This document shows positions 1 through 12,062 of a DNA stretch of 64,000 nucleotides, piece after piece. Position numbers and translations under genes: made by a program. Under the pieces are notes generated by a model. It made no database searches. It was not told where the DNA came from and saw only the letters and a list, made by a program, of their open reading frames with translations. The stretch is taken from positions 1 to 64,000 of the forward strand of contig QPMI01000529.1 in assembly GCA_004431415.1 (NCBI GenBank), written 5' to 3'. This stretch comes from Cyanophora paradoxa CCMP329. Its lineage: Eukaryota; Plantae; Glaucophyta. The first letter of the stretch is position 1; every line of letters begins with the position of its first letter.

Positions 1-906
1 CCAGTGGGAGGCGGCGGACAAAAATGCGGATTCGCCGCATGCGGAACTGGCGTGGCGTCCTTCGCGAGCTGTGGCGCTTCGAAAAAGTCGAAGTAGTCCC
101 ATTCCGTTGCGGAGGAAGGTGCAGGTCACTGCTCGCCCGCTGAAGCCAACGGATTTCGAGGGCGCTCCACCGCTCCCGGTCGTTCTCCACCACGACGCTG
201 GAGCTCGCCAAGGGCCGCCCTCGGGCGGGACCCGCCGGCGCAGTCGTCGTGCTCGACGGCTCGTCCGCTGCCAGCAGGCCCAGCAACTCGTCCAGCGTCT
301 CCGTGGACTCGTTTATCACCCACGCGCATCTTTGCCTGCGATCTCTGGCAGTCCGGCGGCGATTCACCGCGCAATCAACACTGCAGTGCCCCCCAGTCGC
401 CTCTGTATCGTTTCTCAGGCGGCGTCCAGCCTGTGGCACCTGTCCTGATCCCCGACTCGGAAGCCACATCCGCAATGCGCCCACCCTCGTCAGCCCTGGG
501 CATCGGTGGCGACCTTGACCACGGCCAGTTGCTGCTGCAGCGAACCGTGTCCGGCGATGGCGAGTCCGCATCCCCCGCCCCAAGCGCCGGCACCCCGAAG
601 GCCGACGCGCGAGCCCCGCCTCTGCTGGGGGCCATGACGATCGCGAGCAGTGCCGACTCCCTCGGAGCTGACCCCGCGGGCCAGCCCGACATTGATGCGT
701 TGGAATCCGCTCTAGAGCTTCTTCCAGCCAGTGCCTCGTTGCCGACGGCCAGAGGCGGGCGCCTCTGGCGTTTTCGCGACCTGTTCGCGATCGTGACACG
801 ATCGCGAGCTCCTAATCGTCGGCGTAGAGCAGCATGTGCATGCATATGCGCACTCTTTCGACGATCCCGCCTAAGTATACATAGAATAATAAATCTAGTT
901 TTGTAA
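1..906 (+). CDS. Probable 3' end of a hypothetical low-complexity (S/P/A-rich) protein gene
   Basis: Acceptor-like TTTCTCAG at ~411-418 leads into ORF 433..906, followed by an AT-richer 3' region. No recognisable domain. Confidence 0.3.
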
Positions 907-1307
907 ACTTTCCTATAGCTATCACCTTTCTCCTTATCTCTTGCGTTCTCGTGACCGTGCCCCTTAACGTGATCGTCTTGCGAGTGTCTGCGATTGTCTG
1001 CGATCTCTTTGAGTTGTGATTACTCTGTTGTCTTTAATATTACTACCCGTCGTATCGCTCAGAAAAATCCCTAATCGAAGTCATGCCGGCACCGGTACCC
1101 GGTGCGGGGCGCGGTGTCCATCGGCCGAAGCTAATCCCCGATCTACGATCGCGACTTCCCAGTCGCGAAGCTCAGTCGTGAGGCAGGGGTAGGGGGAAGG
1201 GGAAGTTTATTGCAAAAGTGGACGTCTCGTCAAGAACACCACGTCTCATATATATTCTATAGCTAGGTCTTCGATTTGCACCCGCCCCTGTTCGTCTCAG
1301 CTGCAGG

Positions 1308-1536
1308 GTGTGCAAGGAGGGGTCTAATTCAACAGATCTTGAGCTCGCTATGCTAGGCCTGGGCCGCCAGCGGCCGCCAGACTCAAATGAGAGACGTCGA
1401 CTGGCCATGGAATTCACGGACTCCCGGTCCCCGGCGGTCACGAACAAACAGCGAACGAGTACCGGTCGAAATCTGTCAAGTCGCCAGTTCCTTGGCGCAG
1501 TGGTAGCGCGTTAGCTTACACGCTACAGGTCGTGGG
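1308..1536 (+). repeat. Direct duplicate of 3395..3632 (tRNA upstream region plus 5' two-thirds of tRNA-Val)
   Basis: Near-identical from GTGTGCAAGGAGGGGTCTAATTC to CAGGTCGTGGG. This copy differs mainly by single-base deletions. Confidence 0.95.
1487..1536 (+). pseudogene. Truncated tRNA-Val pseudogene
   Basis: Matches the tRNA at 3581 up to the 5' T-stem. Lacks the T-loop and 3' acceptor strand, with 1-nt deletions in the acceptor stem and anticodon loop. Confidence 0.85.
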
Positions 1537-3580
1537 CCGGGCAATTCGAGGGCCGGGCGGAGCTAAAGATTCGAATTCGACTACATCGTCAATCAATCTT
1601 CAGGTAACTCGATCGGTCTGTCTCGCTTTTAGCTTGGCTCTATATAATTAGTCTTAATGATCTTCTGCTCCTGTCCTACTAGGCTATATATAGCTAGCTA
1701 TAGGGCTTGTTTCTGTACAGGCACAAAGTAGTAGGCGCCTCCCCATGGCCATGGTGTGCCGGCCGGCGCCGCGCGGCGGGAAAAAGGGGCGGGGAAGGAG
1801 CTCTCCTGCCCTCCAATATTAATCCTCCAGGGGTGGGAGTGGAGCCCTTCTCCTGAGGAATGATGTGGGGGCGCACGTGGGGGAGCTCGAGTCCGGATCC
1901 AGGGCTCATGATCGATATCATACATATATATCATGCATGGTACCAGTTTACATGTATCGATGTATCGATATCGATGGGGCCCGGGGGGGGGGGGGAGGGA
2001 GGGAGTGGGGAGGGGAGGGAGGGGGAGGGGGGCGGAAGGGGGTACTACTGGCATGGTGAATGAAATTTGGTGTGGGGTGGGGGTGGGGGGTGGGTGGTGT
2101 GTGTGGGGGGGGGATTATTAATATCTTGGGGTTGGAATATTAATGGAACAGGCTGCGTATGCAGAACGTGCGCTGTATATTGCGCCGCCTGCGGGAGCTG
2201 GTCGCGATCGGCCGCGGGGGGATCCCGGAGCCGCAGGCCTAGGATGCAAATGCCCTCACGTGCTGCAGCATTTCAAAGTTCCTCGAGAGGCATTCATGAT
2301 CATGATATCGATCATGATTATAAATTAAAAACATATATACGTATATACGTATTATAATTATATGAATTCGAAGGCGAGGATGCGTATATACGATGATGAG
2401 GATCCGGATCCGGAGCGCGACCGCGAGCTCGAGGCCTAGGGAGCACCGGGGGCCACCGTATGCATGGCCAGCGGATGCAGCTGGCGGCCGCGGTGGCTGT
2501 TGGTAATTGCAACCTTAGCGTTAACGTCGACGGCGAGGACCGATCGCGACTCCCGATCCTTCTCCCGCCAGCATAATCAGAACAGGCAGTCTGCAGACGG
2601 CGGGGTGGGGCGGGGCGGGCGGGCGCGCGGCCCGGGGCGGCGCGGGCGCCGCGGGGCGGGGAGGGGCGGGCGGAGTGGCAGGGCGGCACGGCGCGGGCGG
2701 GGCGGCTGCGGGGCGGCTGCGGGCCGCCGGTGGCGGGGCGGCTGGCGGAGCTGCCACGGCACGGGGCGGCGAGCGGGGCGACCGCGGCGCGGGCGCCGCG
2801 GGGCGGGGCGGCAGCGGGCGGAGCGGCTACGGGGCGGGGCGGGCCCGGGCGCGGGCCGGCCGGGCGCCGTGGGCGTAGCACTTGCAAATTAAACAGTCAG
2901 GGCCCGGGGCGTGCGCCCGCAACGAATCCCGGAAGTGGTCGTATAATATGTGCGATCGCGAGAGTAACTTAAGGGGATCTTGCGCAGGGCCCGCGCGGGC
3001 GGGCGCGCTCCGAGTCTCCGTCCCCTCCGGGCGCCGCGGCCGGCCGCGGATCCGGATCGGAGCGGCCGCGCGTGCCAGGCTGCCCTATCCGATGATCATG
3101 GCATGCCATGGGCCAGCGAGCGCGCGCTTCGCGCTTTGAAGCGCGCCGCTGCAGCTGCGCATGCGCAGCGCTAGCTATAGCGCGGAAGCGCTAGCTTTCT
3201 GAAGGCGCTGCACCGGATCCCAAACGGCTGATCATGATTCCCGAGCCGCGCGACATCCCCGAAAATCTAGAAAATTGCGCATGCGACGCCGGCGCCTCGC
3301 TGCGCTGCGCGGGCCTGGGCCCGACGGCCGGGAGCTCGAGGCGAACTTCGATCGGATCCGGGAGACGACTGTTGCTGACGGACGTCTCTCTCTCGTGTGC
3401 AAGGAGGGGTCTAATTCAACAGATCTTGAGCTCGCTATGCGTAGGCCTGGGCCCGGCCACGCGGCCGCCAGACTCAAATTGAGAGACGTCGACTGGCCAT
3501 GGAATTCACGGACTCCCGGGTCCCCGGCGGGTCACGAACAAACAGCGAACGAGTACCGGTCGAAATCTGTCAGGTCGCCA

Positions 3581-3652
3581 GTTCCCTTGGCGCAGTGGTA
3601 GCGCGTTAGCTTTACACGCTACAGGTCGTGGGTTCGAACCCCACAGGGGACA
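3581..3652 (+). tRNA. tRNA-Val (anticodon TAC)
   Basis: Cloverleaf: acceptor GTTCCCT/AGGGGAC, D arm GCGC-AGTGGTA-GCGC, anticodon loop TTTACAC, T arm GTGGG-TTCGAAC-CCCAC, discriminator A, no encoded CCA. Confidence 0.95.
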
Positions 3653-4276
3653 TTTGAGGCACCGCGTCGAGCCGTGCAGCGCCGCCGATGGCCACGAGCC
3701 GCTGGTGTCGATGGCGTGCCTGGCGCGTGCCGGGCGGCGGCGCGCCGGCGCCGGCGGGTGGGAGACTGGAGTGCCGCGGGCGCGGCCCGGCTTCAGCCTC
3801 GGCACGGAACTTCTGCGGGAAGCGGACGGGCCCCTTGTTAATTGTACAATTTGTACTAGTATTGCAATTGCCGGCGGGCCGGCCCGGCGCCGCGGCGCCT
3901 GCAAATTGGCTGCAATGCAACGGTACCGGTACGTATTTACCGATCCGGTTTGCTCCGCACCCGGATCGCTATCGCTATCAACCCCATCCCTTTGGCGCCG
4001 GCGTTCGCCAGCCGCGCGCTCCTGCCGCGCCACTACTAGGCTACCCGGAACGTCGCGTTAGCTAGAGCCGCACCGGCCCGCACGTGCACGTCGACGTCAC
4101 GCCGATATCGATTCCCGATCCGGTCCGGAAGTAGAGCGAGGGCCGGCGGGTCGCGGCCCCGCGAGCGGCCGTGACTGAGCTCCCTGCCTACAGACGCCCG
4201 GCCCCAGAGGAACGAGCAAAATAGAATTACGTGTACAGGTGGCCCCACTCGGAGCTCGGGCCGGCGAGAGCGACGC

Positions 4277-7200
4277 CTACAGGACCTGGGGCGCGTCTGG
4301 ACGACGGTGATGGAGCCGTCGAGGCCCCACACGCCCTCCACGTCCTGCGCGCGCACAACGGCGCGTCAGCGCTGGCACCGCGCGCGGGGCCTCGCGCGCG
4401 GGGGCGCGGCGCACCTGCGGGGAGCCGCCCATGGCGCGCTCGACGGCCAGCCCGACGGCCGCGAGCCGCTTGACCTGTCCGAGGCCGCTTCGTCAGCGCG
4501 AGCAAAGGCGGCGGGGCGGGCGGGGCGGGCGGGCGGGCACGATGGTCTCGCGGAGGGCGGCGTCCCAGAAGAGCGCCTCGTCGGCGTAGGAGAGCGCCCG
4601 CTCCTCCGACCTCGCCCCGAGACCACCGAGTCGTACAGCCCGGCCCCTGCGCCCGCGCCGGCCCGCCCCGTAAGAAGAGAAAAGGAAGGAAAAGGAAGGG
4701 AAGGGAGGGGGGGGGGGGGGGGGGGGCGCGCCGGCGAAGTCCTCGAGGTCCTCCCCGTTGGAGTCGGAGCGGGCCATGAGCGCCGCCGAGGCCCCTCCGC
4801 ACGAAGATCCCCACCCGCTTCGACGGGAACGAGAGGATCTGCGGGGCGCGCCGCGTCGGCGGCCGGCGGGAGGGAGGGGGCGAGGAGAGGGGCGGGGCGG
4901 GGGGAGGAGGGGGCGAGCGCGCTGCGGGCGGGGGGGTGAGGCGGCGGGGGGTACGTCGGGCGGGGCGGGGCGGGGCACCGGTCGGGCACGGCCATGGTGG
5001 TGCGGAGAGGACGGCGCGGTCCGTCCACTTCGAGGACCACACGCGCTTGACGCTGCAAGGGCGGCGGGCGCAGCCGTCAGGGCCGGGGCTCCGAGGGGCG
5101 GGCGGGCGTCTCGCCTCGTCCAGAGGGCGTCGGAGCGGAGGAGCGCTCCTCGGGGCGACCCCGAGGCCCTCCACGATCTGGCCCCCGCCCCGCTCGGCCT
5201 CGGCCGGCGGGCCGAGTGGCGGGGCCGGGGCGCACCCGCTCGACGGCGGCGCGGGCCTCCTTGGGCGCCTCCAGCCGCTCCACGATGTCCGCCCTGGGGC
5301 GCAGCCGCACGTCAGCCGAGCCGAGCGGGGCGGGGCGCGCGGGGCGGGCGGACCGGAGCTCGGCAAGGGCTGCGGACATGGCGGCGCCGTCGCCGCGGGC
5401 GTGCGCCTCGCGCGCCTCCGCCGCCAGCGCCTCCACCGCGTCCGGCAGCGCCTTCTTCACCTTCGGCTTCGCCGGTGCCGCCGCCTCCGCCTGCGCGCCG
5501 CCTCCCCTCGGACCGCGCCCGCGCCCGAGGCCGGGGGCGAGCGAGGGACCTTCGGGGGGCCGTACTCCGACTCGTCGATGGCCGCCACGACGCCTGGAGC
5601 GACGCCTGCGCCCGAAAGGCATCAGGCGCCGGGCCGCGGCGGGCGGGGCGGGCCGGGGCGGGGCGGACCTGCACGGCGGCGCGGACGCCGGCCTTGTCGG
5701 CCTCGCGCGCGGCCTGAGCAGCGCCTCGATCGTCCGGATGAGCGCCTCCGCCGGCGTGGCCGGGGCCTGCGCGCCCCCGTCAGCGCGCCGCGGGGGCGGG
5801 GCGGCCGGGCGGGGCGGGGCGGCGCGCCTCGTCGGCCTTGGCGGCGCCACCCTTCTTGGCGGCGAGCTCGGCGCTCGAGGGCCCGAGGGCCTTCTCGAAG
5901 GAGCCGAAGGGGACGGCGAAGCCCTCGGGGAGCTTGATGCCCGCCCTGCCGCCGCCCCGCGTCAGCGGCGTCGGCACCGGCCGGGGCGGCCGGAGCGCAC
6001 GAGTCGGCGCCGCCGATGCCGGCGAGGGCGTCGCCGAGCTTCTTCAGGTGGAGCGACTTGCCGCCCACGAGCCCCTTCTCGAAGTCCTTGGCGGCCAGGA
6101 AGTAGCCGGGCCACGCCTTGGGCGCCGGGATCGCGAAGCCGCCGGGGGCCGGGGATGCCTTGCCGGCGCCGTTGGCGGGGGCCGGCGCGTGGTGCCCCTC
6201 CTTGAGCTCGACGCCGCCGGTCGCGTCGATGCGTACGAGCACGAAGTCGCGCTCCTTGTGCTGGCCCCGCAGCTTGTTCAGCGTCTCCGTGCAGTCGCAG
6301 TACGCCAGCAGCACGCCCTGCGCCCCCCGCCGGCCACCCTCGGCACCCCGCCGGCGCCGGCGCCGCGGGGCGGGGGCGGGAAGGGAAGGGGGCACCTGGT
6401 TGCGCGCGCGGATGGCGACGTGGGAAAGAACGTCCGCCGAGCCGGCGGCTGCGGAGGAAGGGGTCGGCAGGGCCGGCGCGGTGCGGGGCGGGGCCGGGGG
6501 GGGGGGGGGGGGGGGGGGCGGACCGAGGACGGCCTCGATGCCGAGGGGATGTCGTCGTTGCCGCCGACCTTGTCCGCGAAGACGATCTTCGCGGGGCCCG
6601 CCGCGTACGACTTGCCCTGCACCTGCGCCCGCCCGCCCCGGCCCTCAGCCCCGCGCCGCGCCGCGAAGGCGCAGCGCGCGAGCTGCGCGGGGCGGGGCGC
6701 GCCTCGGCGAAGTCCGGGATGACCATGATCTCGCCGGTGGCGGCGCCCGTGCGGCCCGCGCTGACGACCTGCCACTTGCCCATGCCGGCCCCCTCCCGGA
6801 ACTGCGGCTCCAGCTTCATGAGGATCTGGCTCAGGATCGACGACGGCTGCCCGCGGATGATCTGCCCCCGCCGCGAAGTCAGCGCGCGCAGACGGCAGAG
6901 GCGGCGGGGCGAGCGGGGCGCGCCTCCTCGACGAAGTTGGTGATGTAGGCCTGGTCCACCTCAGGCACGGCCTTGGCGAGGATCTCCGCCTTCGGCTGCA
7001 GCACCCTGCGCCCCCGTCCCGCGTCGGGCGCGTCGGGCGCCCCGCAGGGCCGGGCGGCGGGGCGGCGCGGGGCGCACTGCTGGTAGAGCTCGGCCTCGGA
7101 GGCGAGGAGGAGGCCGGCGCGCTCGGCGGCGGCCTTGGCGCGCAGGCACCACTCCTGCGTCCACCGCGGGCCCGCCTCCTTCACCATCTTCCGCCACTGC

Positions 7201-9146
7201 TTCAGCACGCTGCGCAAGCGGCGTCAGCCGGTCGCCGGGGGTCGGGGCGGGGCGGCCAGGGGCGCGTACCCCTCCCACTCGGGGTGGTGCTCGCGGGAGA
7301 GGCTGGACTGGGAGAGGATGAGGTCGAAGATGTCGATGAGGGCGTCGCGGTCGAGCTTCTCCGCCACCTCCGCCCGCTCCAGCTGCACCCGGAACGTTGT
7401 CTCCAGCTGCGCGCGCCGCGTCGGTGGCGGCGGGGCGGGCCGGCGGGGCGGGGCGGGGCGGGCGGACGGCGCCGTCGATCATAAGGATGTCGCGCTCGCC
7501 CTGGTACACGTTCTTCATCGGGCCCTGCATCCGTTGCCGGATCTGCGGCGCCGGGCGGCGTCGGCCGGTCAGGGAGGGCGGCCCGCCGCCGGGCGGGCGG
7601 GGCGGCGCACGTCGGCGATCTTGCCGGGACCCACCACTCGCCTGCGTTACCCGCGTTAGCACCTCCACCTACGTCGCCTCGCGCCTTAGGCGCTGCTCGT
7701 GAAGCCGACGGTGCCGGGTCCGAGCGGGGAGGGCGGGGCGGGGAGGGGCCCCCGAGGCGTGCGCGGGGCGGGCGGGCGGGCGGGGCGGGCGGGCGGGCGG
7801 GGCGCACTCTGGTTGCGGAGGACCTCGTAGATCTCGCCGACGAGGGCGTTCTCGCCGGCCTTCTCGAGCGCCCACTTGCCCGTCTCCAGCAGGTAGCCGA
7901 AGTCGTTGGCGTGGACGGTCTTGAGGATCCAGCGGTAGTGCTTGATGTCGTTGATGAGCTGCGGCAGGTGCAGAGGGTCGTGCGTGATCGGCGTCGTCCA
8001 CTTGGCGAGGCGCTCCTTGGGGATCTTGTGCCACTCCCAGAGCGCCCACCAGAACGCGCCCGGCGAGCCCGACTCGAGGAAGTGGATGTACGCGTCCGCG
8101 ATCGCGATGTCCTCGATCGTCGTGTTCTGGTGCAGCTTCTGCGAGACCGGGGCGGCGCGCGCCGCCTCGAGTCAGCGGCGCCCGGAGGGCCCCGGCGCCA
8201 GTCAAACCTGGTGCCACTGCTCGAGGAACTTGCAGTCGATGCCTGCGCGCGCCGCTCGGCTCGCGGCGGACAGAGCAGGCGGAGGCGGCAGGTCGGAGTG
8301 GGCGAACCGGGGCGGTGCCCCTCCTTGATGCCGTGGCGCCGCATGATGGCCAGAATCTCGAGACGAATCTGATTGCGGGAAGGATCACGCGAGACGCGGT
8401 CGTTGGCGGGCAGAGACGCGCGCGGGACCAACCTGCTCGCCGTTGCCTCCGCCCTTTGACAGGTACGGAATGCACATGCGCGCGAGGCGGCGGCACGCCG
8501 GATTCTTGCCGAACACGGCCGCTGTGCTCATACGCATCGAAAGCTGGTTCTGCGCGCGCGGCCGACTCGATATCTTAATTTGATCTCGGCGACCGGAGCG
8601 CGGAAACGAACCACGATGTGACCCACGTCCCTCGGCTGGCGCGCGGACTTCGTGTACCTGAGTGGGCGAGCTTAGCTCGAAGCTCGAGCTCGAAGTTTCG
8701 AAAGGGCGGACCAGCGAAGCTGCTTCAAGTGGTGGAGGCGCAGGGTCACGTATACCCACTGCATAATCTCCTCGTTCTCCATTGCTTCATCCAGATACTC
8801 CAAGATCTGCGGGAAGCAGCACCTGTCAGTTGGTGCGCAAACGCGCCCTGGCCCCGATCCGCCTGGGGCAGGCGCCCCTTCGACGCCCTTGCATTCGATT
8901 TATGAAGTACGTGCGATCGCCTGGTGCAATGGCCCCAGGGCCCTCCCGCTCGCGAGGGTCGTGCGCGCAGGCAACTTGCCCCGGGCAGGCTAGCGCGCGC
9001 AGGGGCTCGCCTGTGTGCGAGATCCCTCTAGGTGCGTTAACACGTGCACTCACCGTGCAGAAGCGCGTGAAGAAGCCATTGCTGGGCTCTTTCTCAACCA
9101 GGACGATCTTCTCCCCAAAGGGGAGTTTCGGCTTGTCGTCACCCAT
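4277..9146 (-). CDS. GWD: Alpha-glucan, water dikinase (multi-intron; no transit peptide or N-terminal CBM seen)
   Basis: Spliced exons give GGGNGEQIRLEILAIMRRHGIKEGHRPGIDCKFLEQWHQKLHQNTT, the phospho-His motif DVLSHVAIRARN (~6398-6435), GLVGGKS, SVKRVWSSKWTDRA, RSDSNGEDLEDFAGAGLYDS and QDVEGV..VVQTRPQVL*. Start MGDDKPKL at 9146. Confidence 0.92.
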
Positions 9147-9617
9147 GCTGCTGAAGGTGCTGGGGGTGCTACGGTTCCTTCGGGAAGAGTCCTGAACGTT
9201 TTTCGGCTTCGCAGCCGAGAACTGCTGTACCCTAGACTTCGCTTCCCCCCCCCCCGGGTTTACGTGTCTTAGAGTCTTGCAATTGCCATCTGGCGCCCGC
9301 TGCCAACTAGGCCATCCGACAATGAAGCCGAGCGCCCAGAACACCCGACGCACTCCAGATCCCTCCACCCTTCACTCGCTGTCATCAACAAGAAACCCCA
9401 AAGGCACCGGCTAGCCGCGACCGCTCGACGCCCGACGAGCCGCCTGCGAACTCCATCGTCTTCGTTTCACCAAAGAACTCACTATAGGTTCGTCGCGGAC
9501 GGAGCTCGCTCGCCGCGAGCAGTGCCGGAGCTGATTTATGCTTATGCGCAGACTCGAAGCAAGAAGAGACCAAGGCCACCAAGACCTGAGCCGTCCGGAA
9601 AGTGCTCCTTAGGCGCC

Positions 9618-10744
9618 ATGGCTCCTTATTCGATTCACGCCACCATCCCGAATCGCCGCCGGCTCTCGCTCACGCGGGTGCTGTCGACCGGTGCGATGCG
9701 GGGCCCAGCCAAGCACGGGCGACGCCTTTGCCCGCCGCTCACGCGGCCGCCCGCAGAGGCGGGGCGGGACAATTGCAAGGCGGCGGCGCACGTGGCGCTC
9801 CCGCTGGAGACGGGGTTCGGGTACGGTACCATCTCGCTCAAGTCGGCGCGGCTGCTCTCGCCGTCGTACGCATCGCCGGCGCCGCTGCGGGCGGCGCGGA
9901 GCCCCGCGCGACCGGCGGTGGAGGCGGTCGACTGGGCCTCGCCCTCGGAGCGGCCGGCGCAGCAGCCGAACTCGCGGGTGGACGTCCCCTCGGTGCTGCT
10001 GCGCTCGTGCCCGTCGGCGCTGGAGCGGGTGGCGGCGGTGCTGCCGGCGGAGGCGGCGGGGCGGGTGCGGCGGGGCCCGATGGCCTTCCGCGCGGTGCAG
10101 GGCGAGCTCCCGGACGTCGGGCACCTCTCCTTCGACTCCGCTGTCTTCGACGCCTGGTCCGCCCCCGCCTCCCCCTCCCCGCCTCCTCCTCGCCCCATGT
10201 CGTCCGCTCTGACCGCTGCCCGGCCCCCCCTCGCAGCGTGCGGGGCCTGCACCGCTTCGTGCTGATCGTGGACCTCTTCAGCGTCTGCGAGGTCTCCCAC
10301 CTCCGCACCCGCTTCCACCCCGCCTCCCTCGTCGTCGGTGCGCGCCGCCCCGCCTCTGTGCCCCGCCTCTGTGCCCCGCCGACCCGGCGCCCCTCCCGCC
10401 CGCCAGGAGGCTACTTCGACCGCTTCCACCCCGAGTCCTCGTTCCTCTTCGCGGTGGAGAAGGAGGCCTCTGCCGGCGGCCCGCCCCGCTCCGCCCTCAT
10501 GCGCCCCGTCCGCCCCGCCCCGCCCCGCTGCCTCCGCTTCCCCCTCCGACCCCCCGCAGGCCCCCGTGGCGTACCCCCGGCGGCTCTTCAACTCGCTGCC
10601 GTCGCCGGGCTCCCCCGCGGTGGCCGGCGCCGCCTCCCCGCGCCGCCTCTCCCTCGACTCCCCCGCCCCCCCCGCCGGCTTCCGGTAGCCCCGCGCCCTC
10701 TCTCGCCCCGCGCGGCTGCGGCGCTCACCCGCGGGGCAGGCTGA
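9618..10744 (+). CDS. Hypothetical protein (multi-exon), divergent from GWD
   Basis: Coding-like exons (GELPDVGHLSFDSAVFDAW; VRGLHRFVLIVDLFSVCEVSHLRTRFHPASLVVG; GYFDRFHPESSFLFAVEKE) separated by GC-rich introns ending CAG. Confidence 0.55.
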
Positions 10745-12062
10745 GCGCGACGCGGCCGGCCTCCGCTTTCAGCCCCGACCTGGCGCCCCTCCTCCACGGC
10801 ACCTACGCCACCGTCCGCCCCGCCCCGCCCCGCCGCCGCCGCCCGGGCGCCTCTGAGGGGCGGGGCGGGGCGGGCAGCTCTCGGCGCGGGCAGCGAACTT
10901 CGAGGCGTTCCCGGCGTGGGCCCGAGTGGACGGCGCCGTCGTCGCCTCCGTCGAGGTCGCCTACTTCCCTTAGGCTTAGGCCCCCAGGAGAGGCCCCCGA
11001 CCCCGCCTCCACGCAGCCGCCCGGCGGCCCCCGTGCCGTCCCTCCCCCAGCCTGGCAGGGCCCCTCCGCCCCCGGGGCTGCGAGCCTCGCTGCCCCCTCT
11101 CCCTGTCGCCCCTAGGCCTGTAACATTGCCGCTTTTTCCAGCGCACCAATCCGGATCCAAAAGCTCCTACTCGATCTGTACGCAGTACACTTGTATACGT
11201 AAACACCGTGGCACATATAAGCATACACAAGACCGTGCGCATGCATGGGCCAGACCGTCGGACCAATTGCAAGGCCTCGCAATTGCATGACGTTCTCCGG
11301 GGAATCGGCGGGCATCCACATTCAAACTGCGCATGCGCGTATGCGCGCACGCCTATGATCAGCTGCAGCTAGCCAGCGTGCGCCGGGATCGCGCCGGCGC
11401 CGCGGCGGCGCGCGCCTGCTGAACTTGTCAAGGGCCAGCCTGGCATACGCAGCGCGCGCGCGCGCGCGCGCGGAGGCTGCGCATGCAGCGCAGCTGCAGC
11501 TGCAGCTGGTGGGCGCACTGCGGGCCTGCGGCACTTCCGCGTCCCCGGCGACTCCCCGGCGAGTCCCCGGCGACTCCCCGCGCGACGTCGACACATCCAA
11601 CATATGCATCCAATGATCTGCCATGGCCAGCTGGCTGCTGCGCGAGGCAATATGTCGGAGGCATGCGCAGCGCGACACACATCGAACGCGTTAATGTTAA
11701 CCAGCGTGCAATCGCCGCGGCCGCACGTCTGACCGACGTCGACGTGCATACGCGTCTGAAGCTGCAGCCGCAGCAGGCTGCACGCAACTTCCGGAACGTC
11801 GAATTCGAGCGTTTCGTGCAGTTTCGCACGCAGCGCTATTCCGGATCCAGGATGCGTGCGCACCCTCTGCAGCAGCAGTGGATTAGCTATTGCGATCGCA
11901 CTGCGACAATCCCGGAATTCGAATGATCCATTTCACGCTCGGAAGCTGAAGCGGCCCCATGCTTCTCAAAGGGTGAAGAAGATACTGTACCCCCGCGGGG
12001 AGCCACATTGCTGCTACAAGCAGCAAAGAGCATGCGCGCGGGAAGGCGCGCCTAGCCGATCG

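Noticed and set aside
1487-3652. Truncated and full tRNA pair as attL/attR of an integrated element
   Set aside because: The duplication includes ~185 bp of upstream flank, and the intervening DNA has no integrase or other convincing ORF.
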